Part shown: piece after piece, positions 9,112-20,038 of the stretch | Layout of the letters: every line of letters begins with the position of its first letter | Numbering within the stretch: the first letter of the stretch is position 1 | Assembly (NCBI RefSeq): GCF_000025925.1 | Contig: NC_014033.1 | Span: 660,001-692,000, forward strand | Direction of reading: 5' to 3' | From: Xylanibacter ruminicola 23 | GTDB lineage: Bacteria > Bacteroidota > Bacteroidia > Bacteroidales > Bacteroidaceae | DNA length: 32,000 bases | Notes under the pieces: model-generated | Databases searched by the model: none | Told to the model about the DNA's origin: nothing | The model's input: only the letters and a program-made list of their open reading frames with translations | Position numbers and translations under genes: made by a program

Positions 9112-9953
9112 CTAAAAAATGCTTTAATTCGTTCTATATATTTCATACCTGTTTGTCGGCCAATATCATACACACGCTGCATCTCGTCGGGATTGTGAGA
9201 TATATGTCCGATGGGTAGTTTTTCGTCGGGACGGATCACCAGTGCACGCCCCGTACTTTCTGCTTGATAAACATATGCCAACTGCTGGTTGTACATCAGG
9301 TGGCGCTGGTCCATCGCCTCTATCATCTTCGGATATTTTCTCAGCGCTATGCGCATCAGCGGCATCAGCTTGTTGTGCTCCTTCACGTAGCCATCGGGCT
9401 GGGTGAGTATCACCAGATTCTTTTCGTAGCCGATGCTTTCAAAATACTCTAGTGGTATCGAGTCGGCCACACCGCCATCCAGCACCTTCATGCCTTCCAA
9501 CTCAACCACCTTCGACACCAGTGGCATCGAGGCCGAGGCGCGAATCCAGTCGTAGGTGGTGGGTGTCACCTTCGGCAGACTCTTATATACCGCCTTACCC
9601 GTCTCGACATCCGTACAAACGGCGATGAACTCCATGGGGTTGGCATCGTAGGCCGCATTGTCAAACACGTCATATTTGGTAGGGATCACATGGTAGCCGA
9701 ACTCGGCATTGTAGAGATCGCCCGATTTCAACAATGACTGCCACGAACAGAACCGGCTGTCGTGGGCAAATGCCTTGTTGTAGCGTATGGCGCGCCCTAT
9801 CTGACGACTCTTGTAATTGCAGCCAAAGGCAGCACCAGCCGAAACGCCAATCAGACCATCGGGCTCAATCCTGGCTTCCATCATCACATCGATGATGCCT
9901 GCCGTAAACAGCCCGCGCATAGCGCCTCCTTCTAATACCAGTCCCTTTTTCAT
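9108..9953 (-). CDS. Patatin-like phospholipase
   Basis: Oxyanion motif GGAMRG, nucleophile elbow GVSAG (GxSxG) and the catalytic Asp context LDGGV. Confidence 0.85.
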   Translation of the reverse strand: MKKGLVLEGGAMRGLFTAGIIDVMMEARIEPDGLIGVSAGAAFGCNYKSRQIGRAIRYNKAFAHDSRFCSWQSLLKSGDLYNAEFGYHVIPTKYDVFDNAAYDANPMEFIAVCTDVETGKAVYKSLPKVTPTTYDWIRASASMPLVSKVVELEGMKVLDGGVADSIPLEYFESIGYEKNLVILTQPDGYVKEHNKLMPLMRIALRKYPKMIEAMDQRHLMYNQQLAYVYQAESTGRALVIRPDEKLPIGHISHNPDEMQRVYDIGRQTGMKYIERIKAFFR

Positions 9954-9958
9954 GGGTG

Positions 9959-9966
9959 CAAAGATA
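9959..9966 (-). promoter_or_regulatory. -7 box (TATCTTTG) for the patatin-trmD operon
   Basis: The box ends 5 nt before the ATG at 9953, which implies a leaderless or near-leaderless mRNA. Confidence 0.45.
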
Positions 9967-10050
9967 ATTATTTTAATTAAGAATTAAGAAATAAGAATTA
10001 AGAAATAACAAAAATTATGTTGATTATTTGGCGATTTCGCTTTTTCTACT

Positions 10051-10058
10051 TATTTTTG
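10051..10058 (+). promoter_or_regulatory. -7 box (TATTTTTG) for the secreted-protein gene
   Basis: TAnnTTTG match 8 nt upstream of the ATG at 10067. It lies inside the TTG-initiated ORF-track model, which argues for the later start. Confidence 0.45.
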
Positions 10059-10066
10059 CAGCAGTT

Positions 10067-13089
<3,023 letters not shown>

Positions 13090-13106
13090 TCATCTATTTT
13101 TGTTTG

Positions 13107-13114
13107 CAAAAATA
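13107..13114 (-). promoter_or_regulatory. -7 box (TATTTTTG) for ligA
   Basis: The reverse complement of caaaaata lies 20 nt upstream of the ligA ATG. Confidence 0.45.
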
Positions 13115-13141
13115 CAAAAAAACTCGAAATCGGAAAAATTT

Positions 13142-13169
13142 TCAATTATCAATTTTCAATTTTCAATTA
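13142..13169. repeat. 4 x 7-bp tandem heptads TCAATTW
   Basis: tcaatta tcaattt tcaattt tcaatta, read directly. It sits just upstream of the -7 box at 13176. Confidence 0.8.
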
Positions 13170-13175
13170 ATTTGC

Positions 13176-13183
13176 TACCTTTG
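13176..13183 (+). promoter_or_regulatory. -7 box (TACCTTTG) for the HExxH-protein / EamA genes
   Basis: TAnnTTTG match ending 8 nt before the ATG at 13192. Confidence 0.45.
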
Positions 13184-13191
13184 TAGCCATT

Positions 13192-13650
13192 ATGTGGATG
13201 ATGTTTCGTGTGGTGCCCATCATGTGGCATGCTGTTCGTCCCAGTAGGGTGGTTGATATGCCTGCTGTGGTAAACTCTTTCTGGATGCGGAAAGGGTTCG
13301 AGGGGCTCACGTTCTTTGGGAATATCCTTACCCCGTCGCAAGCTGAGGCCGATCTATTTGGTCATCATCAAGAGATGAAGAACCACGAGATGATTCATCT
13401 GCGCCAAGCCCAGTCGTGTGGCGATTCGTGGTGGCGCTTCTACCTATTATATATATGGTACTGGCTCAAGGCCTTGCCTGCCAATCGGCAGCTAAAGCAT
13501 GGCGCTTACCTGGTGAATCCCTTCGAGCTGGAGGCCTATCGCCACATGAACGATCTTACTTATCTGGCGAATGGCAAGGCCACTGAATGGCGCCAATACG
13601 CCAAAATGTCAATCAAAGAGCGAATAGAATTATATAATCGACAAAAATAA
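13192..13650 (+). CDS. Small hypothetical protein with an HExxH motif (putative metallopeptidase-like)
   Basis: 152-aa ORF with the motif HEMIH followed by hydrophobic W/Y-rich helices. The family is not recognised. Confidence 0.55.
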   Translation: MWMMFRVVPIMWHAVRPSRVVDMPAVVNSFWMRKGFEGLTFFGNILTPSQAEADLFGHHQEMKNHEMIHLRQAQSCGDSWWRFYLLYIWYWLKALPANRQLKHGAYLVNPFELEAYRHMNDLTYLANGKATEWRQYAKMSIKERIELYNRQK

Positions 13651-13656
13651 AGTTCA

Positions 13657-14568
13657 ATGTTCAAAGTTCAAAACTCCAAGTTACAAGCGCATAGCGCTAT
13701 CTTTTTAGCCAACACCATCTTCGGATTAGGTGTTCCTGTAACCAAACTGTTGCTCGATGAGTGGGTTACCCCTATGGGCTATATGGCCTCTCGTTCTTTG
13801 GGAGCTTGTATCGTGTTTTGGGCGATTGCGGCTTTTTTACCGAAGGAGAAAGTTGAACGTAAGGACTTGATAACCATATTGTTAGGTGGCTTGCTTGGAT
13901 TTGTAGTTTCACAAACCCTTACTGCCTGGTCGCTCGATTATACCAGCCCGGTTTACTTCTCGCTTATAGCCACACTTACCCCTGTTGCGGTAATGCTTTG
14001 TGCGGCCCTCACCATTGGCGAGAAGATTACGCCTATGAAATCTATAGGTGTGTTGTTGGGTATAGCAGGTGCTGTGTTGATGGTGTTAATGAGTCAGTCG
14101 ATGGGGTCGGGTAAGAACGATCTTATTGGTATCGTACTTGCCATTCTGAGTGTACTTACCTGGGCCATCTATCTCATTATCACCCGCAATGTGGCCTCCA
14201 AGTATTCACCCGTTACCCAGCTGAAGTATGTGTTCCTTATTTCAGCCATCGTTACCGTGCCCATCGCTTGGCCAGAACTCTCTGCTAATGCCCTCTATAC
14301 CCCAGAGTGGGGATGGGATGGTGTAGCCGAGATGGCCTTTATTGTGATTGGTGCCACAGCCTTAGGTTTCTTCCTCATTCCCTTTGCCATGAAGTATCTG
14401 CAGGCCACAACGGTAAGTATCTATACCAACCTGCAACCCGTTATCGCCTCGTTTGTGGCCATCCTTCTGGGACAGGATGTCATAACCTGGGATAAGCCCG
14501 TAGCTGGCGCCTTGGTGCTCATTAGTGCCTACATCGTCACCGTTGTTACCGAAAAGAAAAATAGTTGA
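13657..14568 (+). CDS. DMT-superfamily (EamA-like) transporter
   Basis: 303 aa with about 10 predicted TM helices in two EamA-like halves. Confidence 0.85.
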   Translation: MFKVQNSKLQAHSAIFLANTIFGLGVPVTKLLLDEWVTPMGYMASRSLGACIVFWAIAAFLPKEKVERKDLITILLGGLLGFVVSQTLTAWSLDYTSPVYFSLIATLTPVAVMLCAALTIGEKITPMKSIGVLLGIAGAVLMVLMSQSMGSGKNDLIGIVLAILSVLTWAIYLIITRNVASKYSPVTQLKYVFLISAIVTVPIAWPELSANALYTPEWGWDGVAEMAFIVIGATALGFFLIPFAMKYLQATTVSIYTNLQPVIASFVAILLGQDVITWDKPVAGALVLISAYIVTVVTEKKNS

Positions 14569-14604
14569 CAATTCCTACTTCGCTTATAAACTCCTTTTGT
14601 GCGT

Positions 14605-14660
14605 TGAATTAATTCAAAAAGGGTATTGAATTAATTCACGAGGGGTTTTGAATTAACTCA
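14605..14660. repeat. Three direct copies, exactly 22 bp apart, of the 12-bp palindrome TGAATTAATTCA (third copy TGAATTAACTCA)
   Basis: Copies at 14605-14616, 14627-14638 and 14649-14660, read directly. They lie in the intergenic space between the convergent EamA and XRE genes. Confidence 0.85.
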
Positions 14661-14821
14661 GGTGACATACTGTATTCTAAGTTCATGCAAAAACGTTTTT
14701 ACGTTTTTTACCTTACAGGCATTTGATGATGCTTGTTACTATGCCGATTATTGTGGTGAGGGCTAAATGAATGGCCCAGAGGATAATTGGGTGTAGCATA
14801 CTTGTTAAATTAAAATTGTGA

Positions 14822-15031
14822 TTATTCGTCTCTATATTCAAGGATGTCGCCTGGCTGACAGCCCAGCTCACGGCAGATGGCTTCGAGTGTGCTGAAGCGG
14901 ATGGCTTTGGCCTTGCCAGTTTTCAGTATCGAGAGGTTGGCAAGCGTCAATCCTACACGCTCAGCCAGTTCGCTGAGCGACATTTTTCGTTTGGCCATCT
15001 CAACGTCTAAGTTTACTACTATTTGTCCCAT
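14822..15031 (-). CDS. XRE-family (YozG-like) helix-turn-helix transcriptional regulator
   Basis: 69 aa. MSLSELAERVGLTLANLSILKTGKAKAIRFSTLEAICRELGCQPGDILEY is a classic Cro/C1 HTH, in the known pairing with a DUF2975 membrane protein. Confidence 0.85.
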   Translation of the reverse strand: MGQIVVNLDVEMAKRKMSLSELAERVGLTLANLSILKTGKAKAIRFSTLEAICRELGCQPGDILEYRDE

Positions 15032-15035
15032 AGGC

Positions 15036-15500
15036 TTAAATCGTTAAATCCTGTTCCTCTTTCAATTTCAATCCGATGGCAAAGGCTTCGGCCATAATAA
15101 GGATAAAAATACCCTCGGCTGCGATAGTAATACAACTTCCCCAGGTTTCAATCAGATTATCTGTTTCTGGCGTCATCACTGCAGCTAATACAGTAGGCAC
15201 AATAATGCTGCACCAACCTGCAATGCGTAGTAGCGATACATTATCCCATGTAAACACTTCGCCTTGATTCACACAAAGAATAAAACGGATAAAGCAGGCG
15301 ATGGCGTATAAACCAACCAAAAAGCATATGAGTACTGTAAACATACACAATATGCCATAGCCGCCCATAGGTTCGTGGTTGTTTGCACCTTCCTCCCAGC
15401 CTCGGTGGAAATCGTCTGCACCAGCTACACAACTTAATACAAAGCTGGCAATCATCAGCACCAGCAACAAAATACAGAAGCAATTCAGTTTCTTTTTCAT
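15036..15500 (-). CDS. DUF2975-like small membrane protein
   Basis: 154 aa with 4 TM segments, immediately upstream of the YozG-like regulator (4-nt gap). Confidence 0.65.
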   Translation of the reverse strand: MKKKLNCFCILLLVLMIASFVLSCVAGADDFHRGWEEGANNHEPMGGYGILCMFTVLICFLVGLYAIACFIRFILCVNQGEVFTWDNVSLLRIAGWCSIIVPTVLAAVMTPETDNLIETWGSCITIAAEGIFILIMAEAFAIGLKLKEEQDLTI

Positions 15501-15504
15501 AACA

Positions 15505-15610
15505 TTTATCGTTTTAATTTGTTTATTTATCGTTTATCGATATGCAAAAGTAGAAATTAAATCAATACCAACCAAATAAAAACGATAAAAACTTATCGAA
15601 AAACGATAAA
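15505..15610. promoter_or_regulatory. Candidate operator set: TTTATCGTT x2 and the inverted AACGATAAA x2 flanking the -7 box (15545-15552, TACTTTTG on the minus strand)
   Basis: TTTATCGTT at 15505 and 15526. AACGATAAA at 15581 and 15602. Each pair is spaced 21 bp, and extra half-sites TTATCGA occur at 15534 and 15593. Confidence 0.45.
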
Positions 15611-15625
15611 TTTAACTTTCTATAA

Positions 15626-16489
15626 CTAAATATTCCCCAAATACACATGCTTGATGCCTTCTTCTTCGGCTATCTGCTTGGCAGCATATAGTGTCTGACG
15701 AGGGGTAGGTGGGGTATCTTGCATTTTATAGCGAGGGAAGAATCGGCTAAAGTGCAATGGTGCTTCGGATAAGCCATTATCTTTCATCCATTTGCACATT
15801 TCTTTAATCATCTGTATATCGTCGTTGATGCCTGGAATCACCAGGTTGGTTATCTCTAACCAAACGCCAGCATCACGCATAGCCAGAATGGTGTCGAGTA
15901 CAGGTTGCAGATGGCCGCCACTCACACGCTGGTATATACTTTCGCTAAACGATTTTAAATCTACGTTGGCGGCATCAAGATAAGGTAGCAGATGGCTCAG
16001 TGGTTCCTGGCAAACATAGCCAGCTGTAACCAATATGTTCCAGAGTCCGGCTTCGTGGGCTTTTCGGGCTATATCTGTAATGTATTCGATATAGGTGAGC
16101 GGCTCGGTGTAAGTATAGGCGATGCCTGGACAATGGTGCTTTTGGCATAGTGCTACCACTTCGCTAGGTTGTAGCTCATAGTAGTTCACATCTTGTGATG
16201 AAACCTGCGATATCTCGTGATTCTGACAGTTTAAGCAACGGAAGTTACATCCTGTACAAGCTATGGAGAGACATGTAGTGCCTGGATGAAAATGGTAAAG
16301 CGGCTTCTTCTCTATCGGATCGATGGCCAGCGAACAAGGCTTGGCATACACCTCGCTCACCAGCGTGCCGCCATGATTCCGTCTACTGCGGCAGATACCC
16401 GTTTGGCCATCGCTTATCTTACAGTGATGCGGACATAGTTCGCATTCCACTCGTCCATCCTCCAATCGATGATAATATCTGCACTCCAT
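15626..16489 (-). CDS. amrS: AmmeMemoRadiSam system radical SAM enzyme
   Basis: MECRYYHRLEDGRVECELCPHHC N-terminus and the radical SAM motif CNFRCLNC. The start is moved from 16543 to the ATG at 16489, which overlaps the upstream stop (TGATG). Confidence 0.85.
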   Translation of the reverse strand: MECRYYHRLEDGRVECELCPHHCKISDGQTGICRSRRNHGGTLVSEVYAKPCSLAIDPIEKKPLYHFHPGTTCLSIACTGCNFRCLNCQNHEISQVSSQDVNYYELQPSEVVALCQKHHCPGIAYTYTEPLTYIEYITDIARKAHEAGLWNILVTAGYVCQEPLSHLLPYLDAANVDLKSFSESIYQRVSGGHLQPVLDTILAMRDAGVWLEITNLVIPGINDDIQMIKEMCKWMKDNGLSEAPLHFSRFFPRYKMQDTPPTPRQTLYAAKQIAEEEGIKHVYLGNI

Positions 16490-17883
16490 CAGAAAACTAT
16501 TGCTTCGTAAACATACAATTCTGCATCGCGCCATCCATCCCAACCTATGCCAGCCTTATCTTGTGCACAATGCCCTATGAATTCTTCTTTAGTCCAGTTC
16601 ACCTCATCGGCTACTTGTGGAAGGAAAGTGCCGCTACGATAACCTTTCTTAATATAGATGCCATGATGATGCAATTCAAACTCGTCGATATTCTGTATGC
16701 GGCGCATAGGTGTGAGCACAGAAATCTCGATGTCGATATCAGTAAGTTCATCACTGGTTACAGGCATAAATCGTGGGTCTTCGAATGCTGCAGCACGAGC
16801 CATCTTGGCCACAATCTCATGTAGAGCAAAATCCTCGCCAAAGTGCCCTATACAACCACGCAATCGTCCATGTTTGTGCAGCGATACAAAGGCTCCGCAT
16901 TTCGAATTGAGAATGGATGAGCGGATTGGTTGCTGTGCGATAGGCTTACCGTCAAGGGTATCTTTAATGCTTTGAAAAGCGATGTCCTTCAGCGCTTTCT
17001 TGTCGTCATCAGAAAGAGCGAAACTTGTGTTGTTACGCAGGATGGCGAACGAATGATAGCCCACCACACGACTAAGGTCGCGATTGTCGATATCGCCAGA
17101 GTTCTGATACATCAGGTGCTTAACGTCGTATCTACTATCTATCATCAGCATTAACGTAACGATGGCAAATTCACCGCATGCACTCGTTGCCAGATTGCGC
17201 TTGCCGCTATTTGCATTGGCTTCGATGGCGGCAATAAACTCCTCTACATCGCCTGTTTCGATGGCTTTGCCTGTTTTTGCATCCACCTCGTAGGCATCTT
17301 GGTACGATGGATAATGCGAAAAATCACTGCTGATTACAAACAGATTCTCGTCAGTAAAATACGGTTTCAGCACATCGGCCATCCGTTTAAGTTTGTAATA
17401 GTCGTTGGTCGAAATGATGATAGGTACTATTGGGGGCACTTCGCCCAGTTTGCGCTGCAGAAATGGCAGTTGCACCTCCAGACAATGCTCTTGCGCATGA
17501 GCCGAACGGTGATAGGCGAAAATGCTATCAGCCTTAGTCAGTTCGATAGCTGTTTCGTGGTCCACTTTTACATTGCCAAGTGGTGTGGCGTAATAGTCGG
17601 CCTCGGTGTTTACCGATGCACCATTAAGCCATTCGTGATGGCTGGGACCTAACAAGAAAATGCGTTTGTATTCTTTCTTGGCATCAATCGTCATATAGGC
17701 CGATGCTGCCACATTTCCAGAGAAATAGTAGCCAGCATGGGGTACAATGAGTGCTGCCAGATTATCGTAAACCTGACTGTTGTGCTGTTTTAGTAGGCTA
17801 TCCACCTCATTCTCAAGCTCTTCTGCATCGCCCGTGTAAAAGCGGTTGGCCTGTGTGGCTGGTCTTACTTGTCCTAATTTCAT
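16489..17883 (-). CDS. Fusion of AmmeMemoRadiSam protein B (MEMO1-like) and protein A (AMMECR1 domain)
   Basis: The N-terminal ~280 aa are Memo-like (VPHAGYYFSG, FVISSDFSHY). The C-terminal ~180 aa are AMMECR1-like (GAFVSLHKHGRLRGCIG, ISVLTP). Confidence 0.85.
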   Translation of the reverse strand: MKLGQVRPATQANRFYTGDAEELENEVDSLLKQHNSQVYDNLAALIVPHAGYYFSGNVAASAYMTIDAKKEYKRIFLLGPSHHEWLNGASVNTEADYYATPLGNVKVDHETAIELTKADSIFAYHRSAHAQEHCLEVQLPFLQRKLGEVPPIVPIIISTNDYYKLKRMADVLKPYFTDENLFVISSDFSHYPSYQDAYEVDAKTGKAIETGDVEEFIAAIEANANSGKRNLATSACGEFAIVTLMLMIDSRYDVKHLMYQNSGDIDNRDLSRVVGYHSFAILRNNTSFALSDDDKKALKDIAFQSIKDTLDGKPIAQQPIRSSILNSKCGAFVSLHKHGRLRGCIGHFGEDFALHEIVAKMARAAAFEDPRFMPVTSDELTDIDIEISVLTPMRRIQNIDEFELHHHGIYIKKGYRSGTFLPQVADEVNWTKEEFIGHCAQDKAGIGWDGWRDAELYVYEAIVF

Positions 17884-17887
17884 GTCG

Positions 17888-17895
17888 CAAAGATA
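17888..17895 (-). promoter_or_regulatory. -7 box (TATCTTTG) for the AmmeMemoRadiSam operon
   Basis: The box ends 4 nt before the ATG at 17883, giving a leaderless-type arrangement. Confidence 0.45.
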
Positions 17896-18019
17896 GCAAT
17901 AATCTCCATATCATCCTAATATTTTCGCCATAAAGTTTTGAACTTCCTACTTTTTTATTTTCTTTTGTCGGTGAACTTGTCTCAGTCTTCTTAAGAGATG
18001 ACTGCAGTCCTGATACTAA

Positions 18020-18055
18020 ATGACTCGAGTCCTTCCTAAGGAGGACTCGAGTCAT
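18020..18055 (-). terminator. 36-nt near-perfect palindrome (14-bp perfect stem); possible terminator of the 143-aa gene
   Basis: atgactcgagtcct ... aggactcgagtcat. There is only a weak T-run after it on the minus strand. Confidence 0.4.
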
Positions 18056-18079
18056 CAATAAGGAGGACTGGAGCGGGGA

Positions 18080-18511
18080 TTAATCGTTCCAGTTCAGTTT
18101 CTCTACATAAGCATCAAACTTTAGCTCTTCGTGGCCGATGGCTTTAAGGGCATCTTCAATTTGCTTGATATCGCTGGGTGAACAGAGTTGGGCACCCTTG
18201 CGACGTTCGAAGTAAGGATTACGACCAAACTTGCCCTGCAGTCGATACATAAACGTCTGGTACTCATCGGGTAGCATCTTCTTCTGCATGTTCTTAAAGC
18301 CTTTTCCATAAACCTGAGGCTTATCATCGCGATAGTATTCGCAACCTTCGCCAGTTTGGGTTAGCTGTGGATTCAGAATTGTTACTGCTGTCAGGTTGCT
18401 AGGCAAGTTCTGCATAGCCAACTGGCGCAAACAGTGGTCAGCCATCTTGCAATCTGCCTTGATGCAATGCAGATAGCAGCCAGGAACTTCATCGTAATTA
18501 ATCTTGCTCAT
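18080..18511 (-). CDS. Cys-rich hypothetical protein of Bacteroidales mobile elements
   Basis: The start is moved to the ATG giving MSKINYDEVPGCYLHCIKADCKMADHC (a cluster of 4 Cys). The track's GTG start at 18544 lies inside a repeat motif. The protein is adjacent to the VirE-like gene. Confidence 0.6.
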   Translation of the reverse strand: MSKINYDEVPGCYLHCIKADCKMADHCLRQLAMQNLPSNLTAVTILNPQLTQTGEGCEYYRDDKPQVYGKGFKNMQKKMLPDEYQTFMYRLQGKFGRNPYFERRKGAQLCSPSDIKQIEDALKAIGHEELKFDAYVEKLNWND

Positions 18512-18533
18512 AAATAGTTTTGTTATTTTTGTT

Positions 18534-18635
18534 AAACCTCTCACTCAAATACACTGAAAGTCGCATCTGTAAAGGAGTTGAGGCTTATGAGAGGTTTGTG
18601 TAACCTCTCACTATACCTCTCACTCAACCTCTCAC
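18534..18635. repeat. Left array of the GTGAGAGGTT motif (5 copies, including one hairpin pair)
   Basis: AACCTCTCAC at 18534, 18602 and 18626. ACCTCTCAC at 18615. The opposite-orientation TGAGAGGTT at 18588 forms a 9-bp stem with the 18602 copy. Confidence 0.85.
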
Positions 18636-18646
18636 TTTTTTCATCG

Positions 18647-19858
18647 TCATGCTGCATCAACAGGCACCACATTGTAGTATTTTACATGTCCGCGCTCAGT
18701 ATGCTCAAAGCCCAGATCTTTCATCGCCAATCCCAGATGCACCTTGGTGCTAACGGTCTTTTTAAGCGAAGGATACTCCTTGCTAATCAACTCCAGCATC
18801 TGCGTGCAGTTCATTGCTTTTACCTTCTCGCCTTCGTTAGGTTTGCGGAAACATGCCTCAATAATCTCTGTAATGTCCTTTTCGTCGGTATAGTTCTGGT
18901 TCAGCTCCTGAATACGTGCCACCTGCTCGTTGGTAAACCAGTAAGGTGCCTTCAACTCGTTCACCTCATACACCAACTGAGCATATAGCTGCTCGTAATC
19001 AATCTCACCAGCATTGTCGATATACTGCCCATCAGGAATCTCAATACAGATGAATCGACGACTACCTGTTACATCCGACAAGGGATGGGGATTGTTGGTA
19101 GTGGCCACGAACGATGCATAACGAGGGCGATCCTGCTGCGAACTGCCATAAATAGTACGTCCGTTAACCTTGATTTTCGAGAGCGTCTGCTTCAAGGCCG
19201 CCTGCTGACTGGGGCGGATGGCATCCAACTCGTCTAGGTTCACCAGCAGGTTGTTAGTCAAGGCCATCTCCTTATCGAACTTGTTTGATAGGTTCAGATG
19301 GTCGAGATAATACTCCTGTAGTTCAGGAGGCAGCAAGCGCGCTATGAAGGTTGATTTGCCACAGCCCTGTGAACCAATCAACGTGGGCACACTCTCGTTG
19401 GCGTGCAGCTTATCCTTCTGCAACCAATGCGCCACAGCCGAGCGGAACCAGATAATCAGGAAGTCCAACTGCTCGCTGCTAATGCCAGGCAAGCGGCTGA
19501 ACAACTTGGCCAGATGATTCTGCCCGTCCCATTTGGGCAGTTGCGATAGAAACTCGCTGATAGGATTGTACACGGGCGTTGCATCCGAGTAGATTACCTC
19601 CTGGATATCAGTCTTAGGACTGTTTTTGGTAATCTGCTCCTGCTTAGCCTTGCGAACGATGCTGTTCAGGGCTTCAGGTGTTAGCGTTCGCCAAACAGAC
19701 TGATTATCAGTCTGTTTGGTAGTCAAGATTAGATACTCTACCTTACCGTTGAGAATGTTTCGACGGAACAGGTAATTGTCAGTAAGGAACTGCTCAACCG
19801 CGAGCGAGTTCTGCAGAGAGGCTCCTAGAGACTCTCCGTTAATTGTCATTTTATTCAT
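18647..19858 (-). CDS. VirE/VapE-family P-loop NTPase (primase/helicase-associated protein of mobile elements)
   Basis: 403 aa with Walker A GSQGCGKST and Walker B LLVNLDELD. The overall resemblance is to Bacteroidales virulence-associated-E / DUF3874-type proteins. Confidence 0.75.
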   Translation of the reverse strand: MNKMTINGESLGASLQNSLAVEQFLTDNYLFRRNILNGKVEYLILTTKQTDNQSVWRTLTPEALNSIVRKAKQEQITKNSPKTDIQEVIYSDATPVYNPISEFLSQLPKWDGQNHLAKLFSRLPGISSEQLDFLIIWFRSAVAHWLQKDKLHANESVPTLIGSQGCGKSTFIARLLPPELQEYYLDHLNLSNKFDKEMALTNNLLVNLDELDAIRPSQQAALKQTLSKIKVNGRTIYGSSQQDRPRYASFVATTNNPHPLSDVTGSRRFICIEIPDGQYIDNAGEIDYEQLYAQLVYEVNELKAPYWFTNEQVARIQELNQNYTDEKDITEIIEACFRKPNEGEKVKAMNCTQMLELISKEYPSLKKTVSTKVHLGLAMKDLGFEHTERGHVKYYNVVPVDAA

Positions 19859-19950
19859 AAGTTGTTATCAGTTTATAATTAATAATTTCTGTTATGTGCA
19901 CTTTTCATACTCACGTATGTCTTTGTGTACGGTTTTTGCTATTGCGCTGG

Positions 19951-19958
19951 CAAAGGTA
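19951..19958 (-). promoter_or_regulatory. -7 box (TACCTTTG) for the VirE-like gene
   Basis: Reverse complement of caaaggta, about 90 nt upstream of the ATG. Confidence 0.45.
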
Positions 19959-20038
19959 CAAAATTTAAAAGGCGGTTTCAAGTCTTTTGTGTTAAATTTT
20001 TGTTAAATTACCCAATTGTTAAAATCGAGTGAGAGGTT

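Noticed and set aside
9976-10016. Tandem AAGAATTAAGAAAT x2 in the patatin / secreted-protein intergenic region.
   Set aside because: It is only two copies of an AT-rich 14-mer in a divergent promoter region, which fits simple slippage or low complexity.
14650-14660. 11-nt identity (GAATTAACTCA) between the third palindromic repeat and 25481-25491 near the island's right edge, which could be att-like direct repeats.
   Set aside because: Many chance 11-mer matches are expected within 32 kb of AT-rich intergenic sequence, and the flanks show no extended similarity.
17813-18058. 81-aa minus-strand ORF in the intergenic region left of the island.
   Set aside because: It spans the AmmeMemoRadiSam promoter and coding start and the 36-nt palindrome. 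It is S/K/R/L-rich and low in complexity, with no promoter of its own.
18534-18635. Short repeats that could be mistaken for a CRISPR array.
   Set aside because: The repeat units are only 9-10 bp with 2-3-bp gaps and mixed orientation. There are no spacers of 25-40 bp and no cas genes.
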